A stretch of 64,000 nt of DNA from an uncultured Bacteroidales bacterium (lineage in GTDB: Bacteria; Bacteroidota; Bacteroidia; Bacteroidales; UBA932). This document shows positions 59,295-64,000 of this stretch, in pieces; position 1 is the first letter of the stretch, and every line of letters begins with the position of its first letter. Made by a program: the position numbers and the translations under genes. The notes below the pieces were generated by a model. That model saw nothing but the letters and a program-made list of their open reading frames with translations, did no database searches and had not been told where the DNA came from. Location of the stretch: contig CASFGK010000020.1 of NCBI GenBank assembly GCA_949294195.1, positions 884-64,883 of the forward strand. Reading direction: 5' to 3'.

Positions 59295-61295
59295 TTACAG
59301 ATCGGACAGGAAATAATCTCCGGAAGCATCGGACGGCATCCGCCAGTCTCCCCTCGGAGAAAGGGCGACAGAGCCTACCTTCGGTCCGTCCGGGAGACAG
59401 GATCGCTTGAACTGCTGGGCAAAGAACCTGCGAAGAAATACTTTGAGCCATTTCCTGACAGTGTCGCTGTCATACGAATCCGCGAACGCCTTCTCAGCCA
59501 GGAACCGGAGTTTCTTCGGGGAATATCCGAAACGGAAGAAATTGTACAGGAAAAAATCATGAAGCTCGTACGGGCCTACGAGATCTTCCGTCTTCTGTGA
59601 AATATTGCCGCCCGTATCTGCGGGCAGAAGCTCCGGACTCACCGGAGTGTCGATAATGTCAAGCAGTATATCCCTCACCTCAGGCAGCAGTCCGGACTGC
59701 CAGTGCACCATATGACGGACAAGTGTCTTCGGTATACTGCAGTTGACCCCGTACATTGACATGTGGTCTCCGTTATATGTCGCCCATCCGAGAGCCAGTT
59801 CGGAAAGATCTCCTGTCCCTACTACAATCCCGCCGTTCTGATTGGCTATATCCATCAGTATCTGTGTCCTCTCTCTTGCCTGGGTATTCTCATAAGTTAC
59901 ATCATGGACACTCTTGTCATGTCCTATATCCATGAAATGCCGGTCACATGCCGCTGCAATCGGGATTTCCCTGACAGATACTCCGAGTCCGTGCATCAGA
60001 GACAATGCATTGCGGTACGTCCTGTCCGTTGTTCCGTATCCGGGCATTGTCACTCCTATGATCCCTTTCCTGTCCAGCCCGGCCTTGTCGAAAGCCTGGA
60101 CTGTAACCAGCAGTGCCAGAGTACTGTCGAGCCCGCCGGAAATTCCCACCACAGCATGTCTGCAGCCGATATGTTTCAGTCTGGATGCAAGTCCTGTCAC
60201 CTGTATAGATGTGATTTCCTTGCATCTTGCCCCATTGTCATCATCCCTTGGAACGAACGGATGCGGATTCACGCAGCGGCAGAGCTCCTTGGAAAAATCA
60301 GTTGCTGAAGGCGCTCCGAGGTCTACTTTTGAATATAAACCGTAGTAGGAACATGAAGAAGTCCCGTCCGGAGCCACGGAGCAGAACGTACTTGTTTTCT
60401 GACGCAGGACTGAAAGCTTTTCGACATCCACATCGGCAACGATCATTGACGGCTCTGTTCCGAACCTCTCGTTCTCTTCCAGCAAAGTCCCGTTCTCACA
60501 GATCATCGCCGCTCCTGAGTATACAACATCCTGGACAGATTCACCGAATCCGGCAGAACAGTAGACATAAGCGGACAGTGTCCTGGCTGACTGCTGGCGC
60601 ACAAGCTCTTTCCTGTAGGCATGCTTGAAAAGTATATCATTGCTTGCAGAAAGATTGACAACCAGTTGCGCGCCGGCAAGGGCATGATATGAAGACGGTG
60701 GCACAGGCGTCCACAGATCTTCGCACAGTTCCACGGCAAAAACGGTCTTTCCTGTTCTGAAAAGCATGTCCGGAGAAATGTTGCATCTGAAACCGGCATA
60801 CTCGGTTTCAGCATGGAATCCCTCCCTTACGGTATCCTTGCCGTTGACAAGGAACCGGCCGGCCGATGAAGAAGGACCGTCAAGAAAGTCCTTTCCGGAA
60901 GAAAACCACCTTGATTCGTAATACTCGCCATATGACGGCATATATATTTTAGGGACAATGCCTTTGATGTTTCCGTTGCGGATGACGACCGCACAGTTGT
61001 AAAGCCTGTCGGCGTACCTCACGGGTGCACCGACAACTGCAGTAACAGACTTCCCACGGGTATGGTCCATGATTTTCCTCACAGCACTTTCCGCTCCGCT
61101 GACAAGGAGCTGCTGGCCGAACAGGTCTCCGCAGGTATACCCCGTAACACTCAGTTCCGGAAACACTATAAGCGAAACCTCCCGGCGGGAAGCCTCGCTT
61201 ATAAACCGACATATTCTTTCTGCATTTGCAGCAGGATCCGCTACCTTCACGACAGGAACGGCAGCAGCCACCCTGAAGAATCCGTAATCGTTCAT
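59295..61295 (-). CDS. nadE: Glutamine-dependent NAD+ synthetase
   Basis: FPELSVTGY, ELCEDLW, GISGGLDSTLA, TGDLSELALGW, QFKRSCLPDGPK. Confidence 0.96.
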   Translation of the reverse strand: MNDYGFFRVAAAVPVVKVADPAANAERICRFISEASRREVSLIVFPELSVTGYTCGDLFGQQLLVSGAESAVRKIMDHTRGKSVTAVVGAPVRYADRLYNCAVVIRNGNIKGIVPKIYMPSYGEYYESRWFSSGKDFLDGPSSSAGRFLVNGKDTVREGFHAETEYAGFRCNISPDMLFRTGKTVFAVELCEDLWTPVPPSSYHALAGAQLVVNLSASNDILFKHAYRKELVRQQSARTLSAYVYCSAGFGESVQDVVYSGAAMICENGTLLEENERFGTEPSMIVADVDVEKLSVLRQKTSTFCSVAPDGTSSCSYYGLYSKVDLGAPSATDFSKELCRCVNPHPFVPRDDDNGARCKEITSIQVTGLASRLKHIGCRHAVVGISGGLDSTLALLVTVQAFDKAGLDRKGIIGVTMPGYGTTDRTYRNALSLMHGLGVSVREIPIAAACDRHFMDIGHDKSVHDVTYENTQARERTQILMDIANQNGGIVVGTGDLSELALGWATYNGDHMSMYGVNCSIPKTLVRHMVHWQSGLLPEVRDILLDIIDTPVSPELLPADTGGNISQKTEDLVGPYELHDFFLYNFFRFGYSPKKLRFLAEKAFADSYDSDTVRKWLKVFLRRFFAQQFKRSCLPDGPKVGSVALSPRGDWRMPSDASGDYFLSDL

Positions 61296-61338
61296 GACAA
61301 TATCTAATTACGGCGCAAAGATAGGAAAAACTCTGATG

Positions 61339-61824
61339 TCACTCAATCGAAGCGGCAAGAATCTTCCGGAGCTCTTCCATCGGCATATTACCTGAAATGG
61401 AAATCACTGAAGTGGAACCGCCGGACTCATTCGCCAGCATCAGGAAATCCGTCACCGTTTCCCCTTCCCTTACTATATAGATATGCATCCGCTCCGAATC
61501 CTCGACAGCCTCCATCAGAAGCTCATACTTGCCTTTGTCCACCATAGAGGATACTTCCGAATCAAGATTTGAAGCCAGCAGAGGGTTTTCAACGTCAAGA
61601 ATGTACATACCGCTGAAATTCCTGATAATCCCTCCAAGATTTATATCTTCAGACTCGACTTCGATATCCGGAATTTCTTTTATAAGACTGAACATTGCAG
61701 GGGAAATATACACGGCGCTTACCCCCTCCTTCCCTGAATACCTGTTGTAGATTTCCTTGCCGTTCTGGGCAAAAGCCTGGGAAACCGCCAGTATTGCCGT
61801 TACTGCCAATAATATCCGTTTCAT
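61339..61824 (-). CDS. DUF4252-like exported protein
   Basis: Signal peptide, VSAVYISPAMF, YELLME, ISISGN. Confidence 0.8.
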   Translation of the reverse strand: MKRILLAVTAILAVSQAFAQNGKEIYNRYSGKEGVSAVYISPAMFSLIKEIPDIEVESEDINLGGIIRNFSGMYILDVENPLLASNLDSEVSSMVDKGKYELLMEAVEDSERMHIYIVREGETVTDFLMLANESGGSTSVISISGNMPMEELRKILAASIE

Positions 61825-61932
61825 ATCCTTTTTACTTTAAATTGGTTCTTTTTATTTTCCTGTTTTTCCGACCATTGGTATAACAAAAATGTTTTTAATT
61901 AAAACAATATTGTTTTAAAACAAATAATTCAA

Positions 61933-62349
61933 TTATTTACCTTTATATACTGATTTCAGTTTGTCAACGCTCATGTTGATTGCCTTTTCAGCATTTCCGG
62001 CCTTTTCAAGCCCGGGACCCATCTTTTCGGATATGGATGCAAGTGCCCGCTCGACTTCTGCATATGCCATCTTCGGATCCGTAAATGTATCTTTCGGAGT
62101 CCTGAATGTCCCGACAGCCATCCATATTCCTATAAAAAGGACAATGCCTGCGGCAATGCTCATGATATATGTCATGGTCCTTTTGACGGGATGCTTCCCT
62201 TCAGAAAGTATCTTTTCCGCAACATCCATTGCATCTATCATATCCGACAGGTCTTTGCGCAAGCCGGCAGGAACCTTGATACTGTCATCGGATATAGGAA
62301 ATACCGGTCTGCCGGATTTATCTGCGGTCATTTTGTCATTCGGTTTCAT
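61933..62349 (-). CDS. Putative membrane-anchored anti-sigma factor
   Basis: Overlaps the sigma stop (ATGA), SIAAGIVLF TM helix, DTFTDP..AYAE. Confidence 0.65.
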   Translation of the reverse strand: MKPNDKMTADKSGRPVFPISDDSIKVPAGLRKDLSDMIDAMDVAEKILSEGKHPVKRTMTYIMSIAAGIVLFIGIWMAVGTFRTPKDTFTDPKMAYAEVERALASISEKMGPGLEKAGNAEKAINMSVDKLKSVYKGK

Positions 62350-62864
62350 AAAATAGAATATTGGTTGCCCATTGCTCGCAATACAGCTTTTCTTGCTCTG
62401 TTTACCAGTACTCTCACATTTATTCGGGAAAGCCCTGTTAAAGCAGTTATTTCATCATAATCCATCTGCCTGAAAAACCTCATTTCGAAAACCTTCTTCT
62501 GGTTTTCAGGAAGACGGGATACAGACTCTTTCAGTCTGAGTATCATCTCCTTTCTTATCAGGATATTGTCAGCTCCGTCGACAAGAGATTCAGACATGCC
62601 GGCTTCCACGCTCCTGTCCTGACTCCCGGCAGCATGTGCGTTGCGGGTTCTGAGAATGTCAATGCAGATGTTGCGGACTGTCCTTATACCGTATGCCAAA
62701 GGTGACTTTATACCGTCAAGCTCCGTTCTCGAGTTCCACAGTCTGATATACAGATCCTGTACGGCATCACAGGCATCGGATTCGGATCCCAGAATGGAAT
62801 ACGCCACCCTGTAGAAGCTGTCCGAATGCGGTAGCCAAACATCCTTGAATTCCTGTCTGTCCAT
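62346..62864 (-). CDS. ECF RNA polymerase sigma factor
   Basis: DAVQDLYIRLW, RNICID region 2; LPENQK.VF....Y.EI....VRV...RAR region 4. Confidence 0.92.
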   Translation of the reverse strand: MDRQEFKDVWLPHSDSFYRVAYSILGSESDACDAVQDLYIRLWNSRTELDGIKSPLAYGIRTVRNICIDILRTRNAHAAGSQDRSVEAGMSESLVDGADNILIRKEMILRLKESVSRLPENQKKVFEMRFFRQMDYDEITALTGLSRINVRVLVNRARKAVLRAMGNQYSIL

Positions 62865-62895
62865 TTCTTCCCGTACCTGTTTGCCATACACAAGA

Positions 62896-63405
62896 CTACT
62901 GTTCCGATGCCTCTGCCGCTATTTTCTCCAGTTCGGCAACAGGCATATGGCCTATCATCAGAATGACAGCAGGTTCAGATCGGGATACAAGCACCATTTC
63001 CCTGACAACATTACCGTTCGCCTTGGAAAAATATACCGACATGTCATCCTCTCCGTCTTTCATCTCCATAGCGGTTTCATATTCCTTCAACGCCTCTCCA
63101 AGGTCGTCCGAAATATCTTTTTTCAGTCTGTCGGATGCATCCTCGGCAGAAAATACGGCCATCCTGTCCAGATATCTCATGAATTCCGCCCCGTCTTCAT
63201 CCGATGCCGCCATTTTCGCTATCCCCAGAAGGAACGGTCCGAGATTAATGGATTCAACGCCTTCACAGTTTCCATATTCATGAATGACCCTCAACACCTT
63301 GGAACAGGATTTCGACCTGGCCGATACGACGCCGGCAGACAGCAGGAAAACCACTGATACTGCACACAGCACTTTCATTAAAAAAGAAGTAATGTACGTT
63401 TTCAT
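62896..63405 (-). CDS. DUF4252-like exported protein
   Basis: Signal peptide, GVESINLG, YETAMEMKD, EMVLV. Similar layout to 61339..61824. Confidence 0.7.
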   Translation of the reverse strand: MKTYITSFLMKVLCAVSVVFLLSAGVVSARSKSCSKVLRVIHEYGNCEGVESINLGPFLLGIAKMAASDEDGAEFMRYLDRMAVFSAEDASDRLKKDISDDLGEALKEYETAMEMKDGEDDMSVYFSKANGNVVREMVLVSRSEPAVILMIGHMPVAELEKIAAEASEQ

Positions 63406-63565
63406 AATCTATTATCAATTTTGCCGTTTTATCATGAAGACGTAATATGGAATGATTTGTTACACTAAATATATGCAAAAATTATATATTTGCGCCCCGA
63501 ATTGTCCCGGCTATGCCCGTGACAGAATATTTTGGACCGAAAATCGGTCATACGACGTTATTTTT

Positions 63566-64000
63566 ATGAAAGACAAACTGGTTTCAAAGGACTATTGCCT
63601 GATATTGCTGGCAAATTTCCTGCTTTATTTCGGATTTTTCCTTCTTATGCCCGTGCTTCCGTTCTATCTGGTAGAAGAGTTCGGGGTTTCCGAGGGAATG
63701 ATAGGGTTCATACTGGCCTGCTATACTGTAGCCGCCCTTGTTGTCAGGCCTTTTTCCGGATACCTGCTTGACACGTTGCAGAGAAAGCCCCTGTATCTGA
63801 TTTCGTTCTTGATATTCACTCTCATTTTCGGAGGGTATATTGTCACAGGTTCACTTATCATATTCATAATGCTGAGAATAGTCCACGGACTGTCTTTCGG
63901 AACAGTGACAGTAGCAGGAAACACAATAGTCATAGACATCACGCCATCTTCAAGAAGAGGTGAAGCTCTCGGATACTACGGTCTCGCCAACAATATTGCA
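63566..64000 (+). CDS. MFS transporter, 3'-truncated by window edge
   Basis: MKDKLVSKDY..., RPFSGYLLD, RIVHG, RRGEALGYYG. Absent from the ORF track because there is no stop in the window. Confidence 0.9.
   Translation, partial: MKDKLVSKDYCLILLANFLLYFGFFLLMPVLPFYLVEEFGVSEGMIGFILACYTVAALVVRPFSGYLLDTLQRKPLYLISFLIFTLIFGGYIVTGSLIIFIMLRIVHGLSFGTVTVAGNTIVIDITPSSRRGEALGYYGLANNIA

Noticed and set aside
1-64000. CRISPR array, transposase, integrase, prophage or rRNA
   Set aside because: No repeat-spacer periodicity or corresponding protein or RNA motifs seen. The mobile-element interpretation of the left end rests only on indirect evidence.

Overview
Chromosomal window from a Bacteroidota (Bacteroidales) anaerobe, judged from the SusC/SusD pair, TAnnTTTG -7 promoter elements and the DUF3276-nusB-yajC-ybbR-coaE gene order. 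1-3.9 kb: two homologous two-gene metallophosphoesterase cassettes face each other. The left copy is AT-rich, the right copy is host-like, and a perfect 20-bp inverted repeat lies between them. The right cassette is preceded by an unannotated 48-codon leader ORF with an overlapping antiterminator/terminator pair, which looks like a ribosome-dependent attenuator and is the best novel-system candidate here. 3.9-11.4 kb: assorted metabolic and stress genes (YgbA-like, thioredoxin, YccF, arginine deiminase, choloylglycine hydrolase family, S9 peptidase, rubrerythrin). 11.5-33.3 kb: an alpha-mannan-type PUL (membrane-anchored regulator, surface lipoprotein, GH76, SusC, SusD, DUF3823-like protein, an unclassified 729-aa enzyme, two GH92, a glutaminase A-like protein). 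33.4-64 kb: mostly housekeeping genes (nhaC, tRNA-Arg(CCG), fabD, PFOR, tex, ClC, purF, sdaA, 5'-nucleotidase, rimO, coaE, yajC, nusB, nadE, ECF sigma/DUF4252 cluster, partial MFS). All calls come from reading motifs by eye; no database searches were run.
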